Counted from the first letter of the stretch, positions 20,533 through 32,369 are shown. The stretch is 64,000 nt of DNA from Candidatus Moraniibacteriota bacterium (GCA_035390125.1 DAOOTD010000003.1:20122-84121); one strand, 5' to 3'. Numbers and translations are program-made. Notes: a model not told the origin generated them from the sequence alone.

Positions 20533-22188
20533 AATTTATATTTTATTCAAAAAATTACTGTAAAAGTTCTGAATGCCATGTATTATTACTATTTACATAT
20601 TGATAACTACTACAACCTGCTGGTGCTGATGTTTGACAAACTCCGTCTCCTGAAGTCAGATAGAAGTTAGGTATAGCCGTACTTGCTATAACACCATTAA
20701 CGCACTTTACAGCAAATGTTATAGCTCCTTCGACACTACCCTCATTATCCCCAAAACAAGTACATCTCCAACCACTCCAAGCACATGACCCGCCTGCGGA
20801 CTGCCATGAAGCTAATCCACTAGCGTCAGAAGTCAACACCTTACCTGCACCTTGGGTTCCGTCAGTGATTTTAACCTTGCCACTAATGTCCAGTTTAGCA
20901 GTAGGACTGGTTGTACCGATACCGACATTGCCGGCAAAATAACTCTTAGGTCCAGCTCCGTAAAAATCATGACCAGTAGATGTTCCTTTTCCATAAATAC
21001 CTATAATTCCAGTACCAACAACACCATAGTTGCCTCCGTTAGCAACGACGGCATATCCTCCACCAGTAGCATAAACTCCATAATCACTACCCCAAGCATT
21101 AACACCAGTAACACCTTCTCCGCGGATACCGGTTGGTCCATAACCATAAATACCATAAGTACTGCCATTTCCGTATACACCGTATATACCGCCTTGACCA
21201 ACAACGCCAACAGCATCAGAACCAACGTTTCCGTAACCATAAACACCCCTAGAACCCTCGCCTCTAACACCGAGTCCATAAGAAGCACTGTTTTTCCCAT
21301 AGACACCAGCTCCGTTTTGATTGCCAGCAGTGCTATAACCTTCAACGCCATAAGTTCCTGTACCATATATGGCAGCATTACTATCTCCACCGCTTCCCAC
21401 GGAAAGTTTAGATAAAGGACTAGTTGTGCCAACTCCAACATTGCCATTATTATAATAAATCGATGTTCCATTTGTTACCCATTGACTTGAACCGCCACCA
21501 GCTGCTGGCGTTTGCCACGAAGCTAAACCATTGGCATCGGAAGTCAACACCTTGCCTGCACCCTGGGTTCCGTCAGTAATTTTAACCTTGCCGCTAATAT
21601 CCAGTTTAGCAGTAGGACTGGTTGTGCCAACTCCAACATTGCCGGCGCTATTCAATGTCATGTAAGGCGAAGTGTAGGATGGGCCAATATAATAATAATT
21701 TAAGGAATCAGCTGCACCAAAGACCCCAAAACCTCCTCTATTTGTGTTTGAGCTGCCTCTAAAAAAATAACCCATATTCCATCCACCAGTATCACCTTTT
21801 ATACTAATACTTCCAACATTATTGCCAGTAGGACTAAATATTATAGGCCTAGGTCCATTAACCGTTACAATACCATTATTTCCTAAAATCAAGGGTGAAA
21901 TTCCAGTTGTTCTGTCAAAAAAAGAAATATTCCCATCATCCCCTCCGCTAGGATATATTTCCCATTGATGTCCTCCGCTGTAATAGGTCGTATCGGTATT
22001 TCTGAAAACTACGCGGTTTGAACCGCCATAATTACCATCTACAAGCACCGTTCCCTTAACTTGCAATGCACCTGTTACGCCTAAAGATCCATTTTTAACT
22101 TGAGGAGCCGTACCAGTATTTATTGGCGCGCCAACATTACCATTTGGCGCTGTTGCAGTCGGTTCAGTCCAAGCTCTGGCAAACTGAA
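20384..22188. repeat. 73-bp direct repeat (20384-20456 and 22116-22188) encoding the shared WTEP N-terminal module
   Basis: gtatttattgg(g/c)gcgccaacatt(g/a)ccat(c/t)tgg(a/c)gctgttgcagtcggttcagtccaagct(t/c)tggcaaa(t/c)tgaa; about 6 mismatches by eye. Confidence 0.85.
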
Positions 22189-22255
22189 CGGTACAGCCAA
22201 CAATTGTCGCAATTATAGCTATACTTGCCCAGTATGTAATATTTTTTGTTTTCAT
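20555..22255 (-). CDS. Secreted tail-fibre-like protein with WTEP N-terminal domain, GNVGIGT repeats and Gly-rich YGVYG shaft
   Basis: ARA-WTEPTATAPNGNVGAPINT; three GNVG(V/I)GTTSP; two KITDGTQGAGKVLTSDAxGLASWQ; YGVxG repeats; Cys-containing tip. Confidence 0.7.
   Translation of the reverse strand: MKTKNITYWASIAIIATIVGCTVQFARAWTEPTATAPNGNVGAPINTGTAPQVKNGSLGVTGALQVKGTVLVDGNYGGSNRVVFRNTDTTYYSGGHQWEIYPSGGDDGNISFFDRTTGISPLILGNNGIVTVNGPRPIIFSPTGNNVGSISIKGDTGGWNMGYFFRGSSNTNRGGFGVFGAADSLNYYYIGPSYTSPYMTLNSAGNVGVGTTSPTAKLDISGKVKITDGTQGAGKVLTSDANGLASWQTPAAGGGSSQWVTNGTSIYYNNGNVGVGTTSPLSKLSVGSGGDSNAAIYGTGTYGVEGYSTAGNQNGAGVYGKNSASYGLGVRGEGSRGVYGYGNVGSDAVGVVGQGGIYGVYGNGSTYGIYGYGPTGIRGEGVTGVNAWGSDYGVYATGGGYAVVANGGNYGVVGTGIIGIYGKGTSTGHDFYGAGPKSYFAGNVGIGTTSPTAKLDISGKVKITDGTQGAGKVLTSDASGLASWQSAGGSCAWSGWRCTCFGDNEGSVEGAITFAVKCVNGVIASTAIPNFYLTSGDGVCQTSAPAGCSSYQYVNSNNTWHSELLQ
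20802..21646. repeat. 134-bp intragenic direct repeat (20802-20935 and 21513-21646)
   Basis: Both copies encode AGNVG(V/I)GTTSPTAKLDISGKVKITDGTQGAGKVLTSDA(N/S)GLASWQ; differences mostly synonymous. Confidence 0.85.
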
Positions 22256-22285
22256 TTATTTATTTTTTATTTAATTATTATTGTT

Positions 22286-22936
22286 TTATTTTATGGTATT
22301 AGCAATAGATGTTACATCCACATTGGCATCGGTTACTATACTAGGAATTTCTTGTGCATCTATCTGAATAGCTATAAATTCTTTTTTATTCTTTATGTTT
22401 TCATTAGCCATAACTGTGATATTTTGATTTTCCTTAAGCTCTGATAATTTTATCTCTTTATTTTCAAAAGGACTTGGAGACAATGGTATATTTTCTATTT
22501 GAGAAGGATCGTTTTTAACCTGTAGCTGTTTCATTTTTTCATCAAAAGCATCCATTTCCTTCTTAAATTGAGCTGGATCTTTTTCAAAAACTAAATTTAT
22601 TTTGGTGTTTGAATCAACTGTAACTGTCCTAATGTCTGCTTTTGAATCTGATAAATAATTGGCTGAACTAATTTTAAATGTCAATTTATTGCCGTCTATT
22701 TTTTGAATTGTACCACTGACAATTTTTGTTTCTTTATCAGACAGCAAGTTTGATGGCTGATTAATGGCATTGCCATTGATCCTATTTACTCCATAATTAG
22801 CAGAAGAGAGACACGATGTTTGACTGGAAATTTTTAATCCAACCATAATTCCTAATGAAAAAATTATCACAATTATCAAAACTCCAATTATTCCAATCAA
22901 AATTTTATTTGAAATGTTTTCGTATTTATTTGACAT
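22286..22936 (-). CDS. Membrane-anchored hypothetical protein (OB/DUF5666-like beta domain)
   Basis: N-terminal TM; VSGTIQKIDG...RTVTVDSNTKI...LSELKENQNITV pattern. Confidence 0.55.
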   Translation of the reverse strand: MSNKYENISNKILIGIIGVLIIVIIFSLGIMVGLKISSQTSCLSSANYGVNRINGNAINQPSNLLSDKETKIVSGTIQKIDGNKLTFKISSANYLSDSKADIRTVTVDSNTKINLVFEKDPAQFKKEMDAFDEKMKQLQVKNDPSQIENIPLSPSPFENKEIKLSELKENQNITVMANENIKNKKEFIAIQIDAQEIPSIVTDANVDVTSIANTIK

Positions 22937-23040
22937 TTTTTTATATTTAAATTATTTATTTTTTAATTACTTTAATAAATATTCAAGTTATTCTGTTTTT
23001 GGCAATTTTTTACATTTTTTATAAAAATTGTCTTAAAAGA

Positions 23041-23367
23041 TTATAATTCTTTTAATTTTTCATTAATTTCCTCTTCTGTTTGGACATCTTGCTTTATGTC
23101 TGATTTCTCGCGGATATTATCCAATTCTTTTATTTGTTTTTCCACTTCTTCCTGTGTTGGAGCAGAAACTCCCTGTTGCTTTCTCAACTCATCCATTTCC
23201 TGAAGTTGCTGCTGGGTTTTTAAATCAATCGCTGAAGTTTGGTTTTCATTTTGAACTTGCGAATTTGTTTCTTTTTCACTATATGCATTTAAAAGAATTA
23301 CACCTACAATAATAAGGGTTATGACTGCTATACCAATTAGTATAGCCATTTGTTGTTTTTTGTTCAT
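23041..23367 (-). CDS. Small membrane-anchored coiled-coil hypothetical protein
   Basis: N-terminal TM followed by a Q/E-rich helix; first gene of the cluster. Confidence 0.6.
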   Translation of the reverse strand: MNKKQQMAILIGIAVITLIIVGVILLNAYSEKETNSQVQNENQTSAIDLKTQQQLQEMDELRKQQGVSAPTQEEVEKQIKELDNIREKSDIKQDVQTEEEINEKLKEL

Positions 23368-23527
23368 TTTTTATTTTTTAATTTTATTTAAAAAGAGTCT
23401 TTTATATTAAAATTATACCACTTCAATCGAAAATAATAAAATATAGAAAAAGTTTAGTTATGCACAGTTTAATTATAAAAAACATGCCCCTGCTATTGGC
23501 ATGCTTATAAAATAAATTTGATATTAT

Positions 23528-24196
23528 TTAATATATAATAATTGTAAATTCTCCCTTTAGTTTACTCGGATTTTTTGTAAAATATTCAGAAACTTCAGCA
23601 AAATTCCCGCGTATAATTTCTTCGAATAGCTTGGTCATTTCGCGTCCTATTATTATATGCTTATTCAAGCCATTTTTTTTCAATAATTCAATATTTTTTA
23701 AAATTCGATGCGGAGAATCATAATACACAGCAGGATATTTAGTTTCAGATAATAATTTAAAAAATTTCTCTCTTCCCTTTTTATGAGGAGGAAAGCCTAA
23801 AAAAACAAACTGCTGCATATCTACCCCGGCTATACTTATGAGAGTAGTCATGGCTGCTACTCCGGGAATTGGTATGACATCAATATCTTCCGCAATGGCT
23901 GCGGCTACAAGTTTATTGCCTGGATCAGAAATTCCTGGAGTTCCAGCATCACTAGCGTAAGCTATATTCTTTCCGGCATTAAGTTCCGATATAATTCTAT
24001 CAAATCTAATCTTTCCACTGTGTTGATGCAAGGAAACAAGAGGTTTGGATATGTTATAATGAGAAAGCAATTTACTTGTCACTCTGGTATCTTCGCACGC
24101 AATCAGATCAGACTCTTTTAAAGTACTAAGAGCTCTCAGTGTAATATCTTCCAGATTGCCAATAGGAGTGGCTATAATATGTAAAATTCCTTTCAT
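23528..24196 (-). CDS. rsmI: 16S rRNA (C1402-2'-O)-methyltransferase
   Basis: ATPIGNLEDITLRA, ACEDTR, SDAGTPGISDPG, REMTKLFEE. Confidence 0.93.
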   Translation of the reverse strand: MKGILHIIATPIGNLEDITLRALSTLKESDLIACEDTRVTSKLLSHYNISKPLVSLHQHSGKIRFDRIISELNAGKNIAYASDAGTPGISDPGNKLVAAAIAEDIDVIPIPGVAAMTTLISIAGVDMQQFVFLGFPPHKKGREKFFKLLSETKYPAVYYDSPHRILKNIELLKKNGLNKHIIIGREMTKLFEEIIRGNFAEVSEYFTKNPSKLKGEFTIIIY

Positions 24197-24216
24197 AATT
24201 CTATAAAAACAATAAT

Positions 24217-24684
24217 ATGATATTAACTACTCATGCTTTGATCGGAGCTGCCTTGGGTAAAAATATTCCGAATCCATGGATCATAGTTACCATTGTTATT
24301 CCGCTTCATTTTCTAATGGATCATTTTAGACACGGAGAATATATTGAATCACCTCATAAAAAAACGAGTATTAAAAATATTTGGTGGAAAGCTTTATTAG
24401 ATTTCAGTATTGGAATGTTATTCCTTTTTTGTTTTATAAATTATAAAAATTTTGACTATACAGCCATACGCAATATAATTTTAGGAACATTTTTTTCATT
24501 ATTTCCTGATATGCTGACAGTGCTGTACTGGATTCTTCGCTGGCCTTTTCTTAAAAAAATTCACGATTTTCATGTTTGGTGCCACAAGTATCCACCTTTT
24601 TCCAGTGAAAGACAATGGAATTTAAGAAATGCACTTAATGATATTACTTTCTCAGTGTTAGCTTTGTTATTGCTTCTTTTTTAA
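24217..24684 (+). CDS. Membrane protein, putative metal-dependent hydrolase (YdjM/DUF3307-like)
   Basis: MILTTHALIGAA...HFLMD--H...FPD...FH---H His/Asp motifs in TM context. Confidence 0.55.
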   Translation: MILTTHALIGAALGKNIPNPWIIVTIVIPLHFLMDHFRHGEYIESPHKKTSIKNIWWKALLDFSIGMLFLFCFINYKNFDYTAIRNIILGTFFSLFPDMLTVLYWILRWPFLKKIHDFHVWCHKYPPFSSERQWNLRNALNDITFSVLALLLLLF

Positions 24685-24703
24685 ATTTTATAATTACAAT
24701 CTT

Positions 24704-27499
24704 TTAAAGATATTTTGCCGTCCAGCTTTTCTTATCTTTTTTGAGCTTGTCAGGAGTACCTTCAAATGTAATATACCCCCCAGATTCTCCACCATCAGGA
24801 CCGAGTTCAATAACCCAATCTGCGTCTTTTATCACATCCAGGTTGTGTTCAACCACAATAACTGTATTCCCTTTATCCACTAATGCATTCAAAACTGATA
24901 ATAACTTCTTTATGTCTTCAAAATGAAGCCCGGCAGTAGGTTCATCTAAAATATACAAGGTGTTGCCAGTTGATTTACGTGCTAATTCTGTAGCTAACTT
25001 TATGCGTTGCGCTTCCCCGCCAGAAAGGTTAGTGGCGCTTTGGCCAAGTTTCAAATATCCCAAGCCCACATCTTCCATTGTTTTTAATTTTTCTGAAATT
25101 AAGGGATTGCGAGTAAAAAATTTGAGAGCTAATCTTACATCCATGTCTAAAATCTGCGCAATATTAAATCCTTTGTATTCTATCTCTAGTGTTTTTTTAC
25201 TAAATCTTGTGCCATCGCAAGCTTCACATTTTACATATACATCAGGAAGCAGATGCATTTCGATTTTTTTAAGTCCTTCCCCTTGGCAAACTTCGCAGCG
25301 TCCACCTTTCATATTAAAGCTGAATCGGCTAGCAGTGTACCCTCTATTTTTTGCTTCCTCCGTTTCAGCAAACAAATCACGTATATGTGAAAACACTCCT
25401 GTATATGTAGCCGCATTTGAACGCGGAGTTCTTCCGATAGGAGCTTGATTTATACTGATAACTTTTTTAATATTCTCAAAGCCTTTTATTTTTTTATGTT
25501 TGCCAGGAAGTTCCTTAGTTCCGTAAAAATGGCGGGAAAGAGCTTTGGATAGAATATCTTTCACCAGAGTAGACTTTCCACTACCTGAAACTCCGCAAAT
25601 TGAAACTAATTTCTGAAGTGGGATCTTTATGTCTATTTTTTTAAGATTATGCTCCTCTGCATCTAGAATTTCTATAAATTTTCCACTGCCATTCCGGTAT
25701 TTATTTTTATTGGAAACTTTTTTCTTTTTAGATAGGTACTGAGCTGTAATATTATTAGAATTCAAAAGTTTTTTATAATTACCTTCAAAAACAACGACTC
25801 CGCCTTCTTCTCCTGCTCCAGGTCCCATATCAATAATCCAGTCTGCTGATTTTATTATGCTTTCATCGTGTTCTACAACAATAATTGAATTTCCCACACT
25901 TTGAAGTTTTTTCATGGTATCTATAAGTTTTTCAGTATCACGATTATGAAGTCCTATAGATGGTTCATCTAAAACATACACTATGCCCATCAACTGAGAA
26001 TTGAGTTGTGCTGCTAGTCTTATGCGTTGCGCTTCTCCGCCGGAAATAGTTTGAGCGCTTCTTCCAAGATTCAAGTATTCCAATCCTACATTTTTGAGTG
26101 ATGCGAGCCTACCAATAATTTCACGTATTATAGAACGACTTATCTCTTTTTCTTGGCTGTTTTGATCCCATTTTTCCCAGTTTTTAAAAAATTCATCCAA
26201 ACAATCAATACTCATCAAAACTAAATCATTAATATTTTTTCCTTGAACTTCAACAGCCAAAAATTCTCTTTTCAGTCTTTTGCCACCACAGGCTTCACAT
26301 ACATGTTCGGTCATATATTTTTCAATTTCAGCACGTACATAATCAGATTTTGTTTCAAAATATTTATTTTCAAGCATCGGTATAACTCCACTGAATTCTT
26401 CATCTCCGTAAAGAACTACTCTCAGTTGCTGTTCTGAGAGTTTTTTAACAGGAACATTCATTGAAAATTTATATTTCTTCGAAACATCTTTCAATATCAT
26501 CAGCTGGGAATTCTGTCCGCTAATTTTTCCGCCTGATTTACTCCATGGTTGTATCGCACCTTCCATAAGAGAAAGGTTTTTATTAGGAATAACCAATTCC
26601 TCATTAACTTTTAATATATAACCTAAACCACTGCACACACTGCATGCTCCTTCTGGACTATTGAAAGAAAAGTGTCTGGGGGTTATTTCTTTTATTTTAA
26701 TTCCACAATTGCTGCAGAAAAAATCCTGGTTATAATTGCTTTCTTTAGAATTATCAAAAAGTACTTTCATTGAATTCCCCCCTATTTTCATAGCTGTTTC
26801 TATTGAATCAGCTATTCTTTCAATATCTGGATTCTTTTTATCCAAAACAATCCTGTCGATGACCACTTCTATTTCTGCGTTGTTATATTCATCAATCGAC
26901 ATTAGAGCTTCAGCAACAGGAATAATTTTCTCTTTTATTCTAATTCTTGCATATCCCATTTGCTGAATATGTTTTAAGGCATCTCTGCTGTTCATGCTAT
27001 CTTTTGGTTTCGACAGAATAGCAATTTGGGTATTATGAGAAAATGACAAAATTTCATCTAAAATTTCTTTATTAGAACGTTTTTGCATAGATGTTCCACA
27101 TTGCGGACAATGAGGTATTCCGACTTTGGCAAATAAAATTCTTAGATAATCATAGATTTCTGTAAGAGTTCCGACTGTTGAGCGAGGTGAACGAGAAATG
27201 CTTTTTTGGTCAATAGATATTGGCGGACTCAAATTCTCAATTTTATCTACATCTGGCTTTATTGATGGATCAAGAAAATTCCTGGCATATGAAGAGAGGC
27301 TTTCCATATAACGACGATTGCCTTCGGCGTAGATCGTATCAAAAGCTAAAGAGGACTTTCCTGATCCAGAAAGTCCAGTAATTACAACAAATTTGTCACG
27401 CGGGATATCAACATCTATATTTTTAAGATTATTTACGCGTGCACCCTTGATAATGATGTCGCCTGTATTCTTTCTCGTAGAAGATTTTTTTGAAGACAT
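24704..27499 (-). CDS. uvrA: Excinuclease ABC subunit A, second paralog
   Basis: [66 protein letters not shown], Zn fingers. Confidence 0.92.
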   Translation of the reverse strand: MSSKKSSTRKNTGDIIIKGARVNNLKNIDVDIPRDKFVVITGLSGSGKSSLAFDTIYAEGNRRYMESLSSYARNFLDPSIKPDVDKIENLSPPISIDQKSISRSPRSTVGTLTEIYDYLRILFAKVGIPHCPQCGTSMQKRSNKEILDEILSFSHNTQIAILSKPKDSMNSRDALKHIQQMGYARIRIKEKIIPVAEALMSIDEYNNAEIEVVIDRIVLDKKNPDIERIADSIETAMKIGGNSMKVLFDNSKESNYNQDFFCSNCGIKIKEITPRHFSFNSPEGACSVCSGLGYILKVNEELVIPNKNLSLMEGAIQPWSKSGGKISGQNSQLMILKDVSKKYKFSMNVPVKKLSEQQLRVVLYGDEEFSGVIPMLENKYFETKSDYVRAEIEKYMTEHVCEACGGKRLKREFLAVEVQGKNINDLVLMSIDCLDEFFKNWEKWDQNSQEKEISRSIIREIIGRLASLKNVGLEYLNLGRSAQTISGGEAQRIRLAAQLNSQLMGIVYVLDEPSIGLHNRDTEKLIDTMKKLQSVGNSIIVVEHDESIIKSADWIIDMGPGAGEEGGVVVFEGNYKKLLNSNNITAQYLSKKKKVSNKNKYRNGSGKFIEILDAEEHNLKKIDIKIPLQKLVSICGVSGSGKSTLVKDILSKALSRHFYGTKELPGKHKKIKGFENIKKVISINQAPIGRTPRSNAATYTGVFSHIRDLFAETEEAKNRGYTASRFSFNMKGGRCEVCQGEGLKKIEMHLLPDVYVKCEACDGTRFSKKTLEIEYKGFNIAQILDMDVRLALKFFTRNPLISEKLKTMEDVGLGYLKLGQSATNLSGGEAQRIKLATELARKSTGNTLYILDEPTAGLHFEDIKKLLSVLNALVDKGNTVIVVEHNLDVIKDADWVIELGPDGGESGGYITFEGTPDKLKKDKKSWTAKYL

Positions 27500-27599
27500 A
27501 TTTTATATAAGCATTAAATACTCGCTAATTAAAAATGATACCAGAAAAAACGATAATTGTAAACCCCTAAACTATTGCACTAGAAAGTCTTTTTTATTT

Positions 27600-28862
27600 T
27601 TAAATTAAAGCATTCTTTTTTCTTATTTTTCTATGAAAATTAATAGCGAAACGATGTGCTTCATCCATTATGCCTTTTATTAAGTTTTTATCATCTAAAA
27701 TTTCTTCGATTTCATTTGAAATTTGAGAATTTAAAATTGATTTATCATTGGAAATTTTTATTTTGACATTTTTTCTCATTGGCCCCTTGGCTACCGCTGC
27801 AATCGATACAGCAAGACCCATTTTTTTATGCAACAGCCTATCAGCCATATTGAGATGCCCAATCCCTCCATCCAGAAGAATAAGGTCAGGCATGGGCCAT
27901 TCATTATTGAATCTCCTAATTAAAATTTCCCGCATCATTTTCACATCATCTATCCCAGCCACAGTTTTTATCCTGAATTTCCTATATTGTGATTTGTCAG
28001 GCTTATTGTTTGAAAAAACAACCATGCTGCCAACTGCATTTGTTCCTGAAATATTTGAGATATCATAAGCTTCGATTCTAAAAATTCTTGGTTCGTGGTT
28101 CGTGGTTCGCGTATTTTCTTCAAAATCTTTTGTGATTAGAGCAATATCGCGGATATGTTGCAAGGCGAAAATTTTATTGCGAAGCTCCGCTGCTTTTTCA
28201 AATTCATGTTTTTTGGCTTCCGTTTGCATTTCTTTTTCTAAGGTATTAATCAATCCTTTCTTTTTGCCAGCCAAGATCATCCTTATATTGCGAATATTAG
28301 CCATATAATCTTTTCCAGAAATAGCGCCTGCATAGGGTCCGGGACAAAGTCCTATCTGGAAGTCTAGACAGCCATTTTCGGATTGTTGTTTATTCAAATG
28401 AAAAGGAAATATATGGCGTATTATTTTAAGCGCAATTTCCATCTGCTTTTTGGAAGTATAAGGGCCGAATGTATATCTGGTAATATTTTTATTTTTACCC
28501 AAATCAGTTTTGCGCAATATGATAACCCTGGGAAATTTTTCTTTCGTAATCACAAAATAAGAAAATGATTTGCCGTCTTTAAGGTCTATATTGTATTTTG
28601 GCTGGTGTTTTTTAATCAGATTGCTTTCCAATATCAAAGCTTCCAAAACTGAGTCTGTTTGTTGGGTTTTTATATCCGCAACCTGCCTGACCATGGAAAG
28701 GATTCTTTCGCCTCTTACGTCCCGTCCCTGGAAATATGATTTGACCCGGCTGCGCAAACTGGTAGCTTTGCCGATATAAAGGATTTTTCCAAATTTATCT
28801 TTAAAGATATACACTCCGGGTTCAGTTGGCAGTTTATTTATTTTTTCTTTAATTTTTGACAT
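27600..28862 (-). CDS. uvrC: Excinuclease ABC subunit C, compact form (GIY-YIG + UVR + RNase H-like domain; no HhH)
   Basis: PGVY...[49 protein letters not shown] then stop. Confidence 0.9.
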   Translation of the reverse strand: MSKIKEKINKLPTEPGVYIFKDKFGKILYIGKATSLRSRVKSYFQGRDVRGERILSMVRQVADIKTQQTDSVLEALILESNLIKKHQPKYNIDLKDGKSFSYFVITKEKFPRVIILRKTDLGKNKNITRYTFGPYTSKKQMEIALKIIRHIFPFHLNKQQSENGCLDFQIGLCPGPYAGAISGKDYMANIRNIRMILAGKKKGLINTLEKEMQTEAKKHEFEKAAELRNKIFALQHIRDIALITKDFEENTRTTNHEPRIFRIEAYDISNISGTNAVGSMVVFSNNKPDKSQYRKFRIKTVAGIDDVKMMREILIRRFNNEWPMPDLILLDGGIGHLNMADRLLHKKMGLAVSIAAVAKGPMRKNVKIKISNDKSILNSQISNEIEEILDDKNLIKGIMDEAHRFAINFHRKIRKKNALI

Positions 28863-28966
28863 TTTTCTAAAAATATATAAAATTCAAAATTGTAGTCCTT
28901 TAAAAGTTATGTAGCCAAATAATATTACAATTAAACATATAAAAATACAATGTAAAGGGGAGGAAT

Positions 28967-29383
28967 GTGATTATGTGTATGATGTATGCAGTAACAATGA
29001 AAAAGGAAATTGTATCGTCTAAACCATGTGTTAAAAATGGAAGCTCGAAAGTTATAAATTATCTGTTAGACAAATTTGGGGCGCAAAATCTATTTTTTTG
29101 CCGCCCAGGAGACAAATGCATGTTCGTTTGTCCAAGAGAAAATGTACCCTTTGAGGTGCATGAAACAATTGAGTTTTTTGAAAATTTCGGAGGATTCATG
29201 AAAGGAATTATTGATCCTGGAATTTACAGGATTAGCCTGCATGACCAAAGAGAAACTTCGCATTATCTGATTTTGGAAAAATACGAGAATCAGAAATGGA
29301 AAGAATTTGCCGGACTTTGCGGGGGATGGACTAATGGACTTATGATTGACTGGCGCGGCATTCGTCCGGTTCAAATTAATTAA
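28967..29383 (+). CDS. Hypothetical protein inserted between uvrA and uvrC (ATG 28973 is a likely start)
   Basis: 138-aa ORF preceded by a GGGGAGG SD and followed by a hairpin terminator. Confidence 0.55.
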   Translation: MIMCMMYAVTMKKEIVSSKPCVKNGSSKVINYLLDKFGAQNLFFCRPGDKCMFVCPRENVPFEVHETIEFFENFGGFMKGIIDPGIYRISLHDQRETSHYLILEKYENQKWKEFAGLCGGWTNGLMIDWRGIRPVQIN

Positions 29384-29408
29384 GGGAAATTCTATCACCA
29401 ATTATCCT

Positions 29409-29443
29409 ATAGCGCAGCGCTTATCCAAGCTCTGCGCTATTTT
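29409..29443. terminator. Hairpin terminator between the convergent orphan ORF and uvrA
   Basis: ATAGCGCAGCGCTT-atcc-AAGCTCTGCGCTAT-TTT. Confidence 0.6.
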
Positions 29444-29474
29444 ATTTTCAAAAAAGCTTCTGATATAAATTACT

Positions 29475-32369
29475 TTATTTTTTCTTCAGCACGTCCTTCA
29501 GATATTTTGCCGTATAGCTTTCTTTATGGTATTTGGCAATTTCTTCCGGCGGACCTGTAACAACAATTCGCCCGCCATTGTCGCCTCCTTCCGGACCCAT
29601 ATCAATGATCCAATCGGCTGTTTTGATGACATCCATATTATGTTCGATTACGACAACGCTGTTTCCCGCATCAACCAAGCGGTTCAAAACATTAAGTAAT
29701 TTTTTTATGTCCTCAAAATGCAACCCGGTTGTCGGCTCATCTAAAATATACAAAGTATCTCCGGTCGCGCGCCGCGAAAGTTCCGCCGCCAGTTTTATCC
29801 TTTGCGCTTCCCCGCCAGAAAGAGTGGTCGCGCTCTGTCCTAGTTCAATATAGCCCAATCCCACTTCCTCCAACACTGCAAGTGGATCGTGTATTTTAGG
29901 GAAAGCTTCAAAAAATTTAACGCCTTCAGAAACTGTCATTTTCAAAACTTCAGCAATATTTTTCCCTTTATATTTAACTTGCAAAGTTTCCCTATTATAT
30001 CTTTTCCCATTGCAAACATCGCAGGGCAAATAGACATCTGGCATAAACTGCATTTCTATTTTCAAAAATCCTTCACCGTTGCAATTATCACATCGCCCGC
30101 CGTGAATGTTGAACGAAAATCTTCCCGGACCATAACCGCGCATTTTGGCATCTTTCGTCTGAGCAAACAGTTCGCGTATCGGCGTAAAAAGTCCCGTATA
30201 TGTCGCCGGATTGGAACGCGGAGTTCTTCCAATTGGCGACTGATCGATCATAATCACTTTGTCTATATTTTCAATGCCAATTATTTCTTTGTGCCTGCCC
30301 GGCGCATCCAATGAGCGGTGCAATTTATTGGCCAATGCCCTATATAATGTTTCTTCAACCAAGGTTGATTTTCCGGATCCTGAAACTCCGGTCACGCAAG
30401 TAAAAACTTTCAGTGGAAATTCCGCCACAATATTTTTTAAATTATGTTCTCCGGCTCCGCGAACTACAATTCTTTTTTTCTTATTTGCATCTCTTCGAAA
30501 TTTTGGAATTTCTATTTCCAGTTCTCCCCGCAAATATTTTCCGGTCAAAGACTTTAGATTATTAATAACTTCCTCAGGCGTTCCTTCGGCCACAATTTCC
30601 CCGCCATGTTTTCCGGCTCCTGGTCCGATATCCACCAGCCAATCAGCCGAGCGCATCATTTCCTCATCGTGTTCAATGACAATCAAAGTATTTCCTATTT
30701 TTTGAAGTTGACGGAGCGTTTCGATGAGTTTCGCGTTATCGCGCGCGTGGAGACCAATTGATGGTTCATCCAAAATATACAAAACCCCGACCAATTGCGA
30801 ACCTATTTGCGAAGCCAGACGAATTCTTTGTGATTCTCCTCCTGACAATGAATAGGCAGCCCGATGCAATGTCAGATAATCCAATCCGACATTATTGAGA
30901 AAAACCAACCGTGCAATAATTTCCTTTAGAATTCTGCCGGCAATCAATTCTTCGCGATGCGTTAATTTTAAATTCTGAAAAAAATTCAAACATTCGCGGA
31001 TACTCATGATTGATGCTTCATATATGTTTTTGTTTCCTACTGTAACAAATAAAACTTCTTTCTTATATCTGGCGCCTTTACAGGTTGAGCATGGTTTCTG
31101 CGACATATATTTTTCAATCCCTTCGCGAACTGCATCGGATTCGGTTTTAAAATAACGATCCTGCAGGAAACCAACTATTCCCCGCCACTGCATATAGAAC
31201 TTCCAGTTAGTGCCGGTTTTGGCGCGAATTGTTATTGGGATTTCTTCCGCTTTTTCCTCAGAAACCATGCTTTCATGATCAGCTGTTCCATAAAGAAGCA
31301 GATCTAGCTTTCTTTTAGGCATGTCGCGCAATCTGGCATTGTCAGGAATATTGAAATATCTGACTACTGACAAAATAACGCCGCCGTAGTAATTATTTTT
31401 TTTGAAATTCCAGGGTGCCAAACCGCCTTCAGCGATTGTCTTATTTGTGTCAGGCATGACTCTTTCAATATCTATCTCTTTTTTAAACCCCAGCCCCTCG
31501 CAAGCTGGACAGGCACCATATGGAGAATTGAACGAGAACAGCCTCGGCTCCATTTCAGGAAATTCTACATCGTGCAAAGGACAAGATAACTTTTGATTAA
31601 AAACAACTTCGTTTTTTGCTTGTTTGCTGTTTTTTGTTTCCTGATTACTGATTTTTACCAATCCTTCGGACATTTTCAGTGCTTTTTCAACACCCTCAAA
31701 TATTCGGCTTAAATTTTCAGCCTTTACTTCGATTCTGTCGACAATAAGATCGATGTTATGTTTCTTGTATCGTTCCAGTTTTATCTCTTTGAAATTTTCC
31801 AGTTTATATAATTTTCCATTAACAATAGCTTCAGAAAAACCTCGTTTCCACATGTCATCAAGCAAGGTTAAATATTCACCTTTTCTTTCGCGCACAATTG
31901 GAGAAATAATTTCGATTAAGCGTGTTTCATTTTTATCGCCCATTTCCAAGATACGATCAACAATTTCATCGGTTGAAATTTTTGAAATTTCCTGTCCGCA
32001 AACAGGGCAATGCGGAATTCCGATTTTAGCATAAAGAAGACGCAGATAGTCATGGATTTCTGTCACCGTTCCGACTGTGGAACGCGGATTATGCGAAGCA
32101 GACTTTTGATCAATTGAAATAGCCGGCGACAGACCTTCAATATAGTCCACGTCCGGTTTATCCATTTGGCCCAAAAACTGGCGAGCATAACTGGAAAGGC
32201 TTTCCAGATATCTCCTCTGCCCCTCGGCAAAAATGGTATCAAAAGCCAGCGTAGATTTTCCTGAACCGGAAATTCCCGTAAATACAATGAATTTATTGCG
32301 TGGGAGCTCTAGATCAATGTTTTTCAAATTATGTTCGCGCGCACCTTTTATTATAATTTTGTCTTCCAT
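29475..32369 (-). CDS. uvrA: Excinuclease ABC subunit A
   Basis: [42 protein letters not shown], two ABC signature motifs, Zn fingers. Confidence 0.97.
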   Translation of the reverse strand: MEDKIIIKGAREHNLKNIDLELPRNKFIVFTGISGSGKSTLAFDTIFAEGQRRYLESLSSYARQFLGQMDKPDVDYIEGLSPAISIDQKSASHNPRSTVGTVTEIHDYLRLLYAKIGIPHCPVCGQEISKISTDEIVDRILEMGDKNETRLIEIISPIVRERKGEYLTLLDDMWKRGFSEAIVNGKLYKLENFKEIKLERYKKHNIDLIVDRIEVKAENLSRIFEGVEKALKMSEGLVKISNQETKNSKQAKNEVVFNQKLSCPLHDVEFPEMEPRLFSFNSPYGACPACEGLGFKKEIDIERVMPDTNKTIAEGGLAPWNFKKNNYYGGVILSVVRYFNIPDNARLRDMPKRKLDLLLYGTADHESMVSEEKAEEIPITIRAKTGTNWKFYMQWRGIVGFLQDRYFKTESDAVREGIEKYMSQKPCSTCKGARYKKEVLFVTVGNKNIYEASIMSIRECLNFFQNLKLTHREELIAGRILKEIIARLVFLNNVGLDYLTLHRAAYSLSGGESQRIRLASQIGSQLVGVLYILDEPSIGLHARDNAKLIETLRQLQKIGNTLIVIEHDEEMMRSADWLVDIGPGAGKHGGEIVAEGTPEEVINNLKSLTGKYLRGELEIEIPKFRRDANKKKRIVVRGAGEHNLKNIVAEFPLKVFTCVTGVSGSGKSTLVEETLYRALANKLHRSLDAPGRHKEIIGIENIDKVIMIDQSPIGRTPRSNPATYTGLFTPIRELFAQTKDAKMRGYGPGRFSFNIHGGRCDNCNGEGFLKIEMQFMPDVYLPCDVCNGKRYNRETLQVKYKGKNIAEVLKMTVSEGVKFFEAFPKIHDPLAVLEEVGLGYIELGQSATTLSGGEAQRIKLAAELSRRATGDTLYILDEPTTGLHFEDIKKLLNVLNRLVDAGNSVVVIEHNMDVIKTADWIIDMGPEGGDNGGRIVVTGPPEEIAKYHKESYTAKYLKDVLKKK

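Noticed and set aside
20384-22188. Repeat pairs as a diversity-generating retroelement TR/VR
   Set aside because: Differences are mostly synonymous and not adenine-specific; both copies are coding; no reverse transcriptase in the window
19585-22255. Shufflon (invertible tip cassettes)
   Set aside because: Repeats are direct and each gene has its own start; no inverted silent cassettes or site-specific recombinase seen
18358-23367. Prophage remnant because of tail-fibre-like motifs
   Set aside because: Proteins have signal peptides or TM anchors; no capsid, terminase, integrase or att sites
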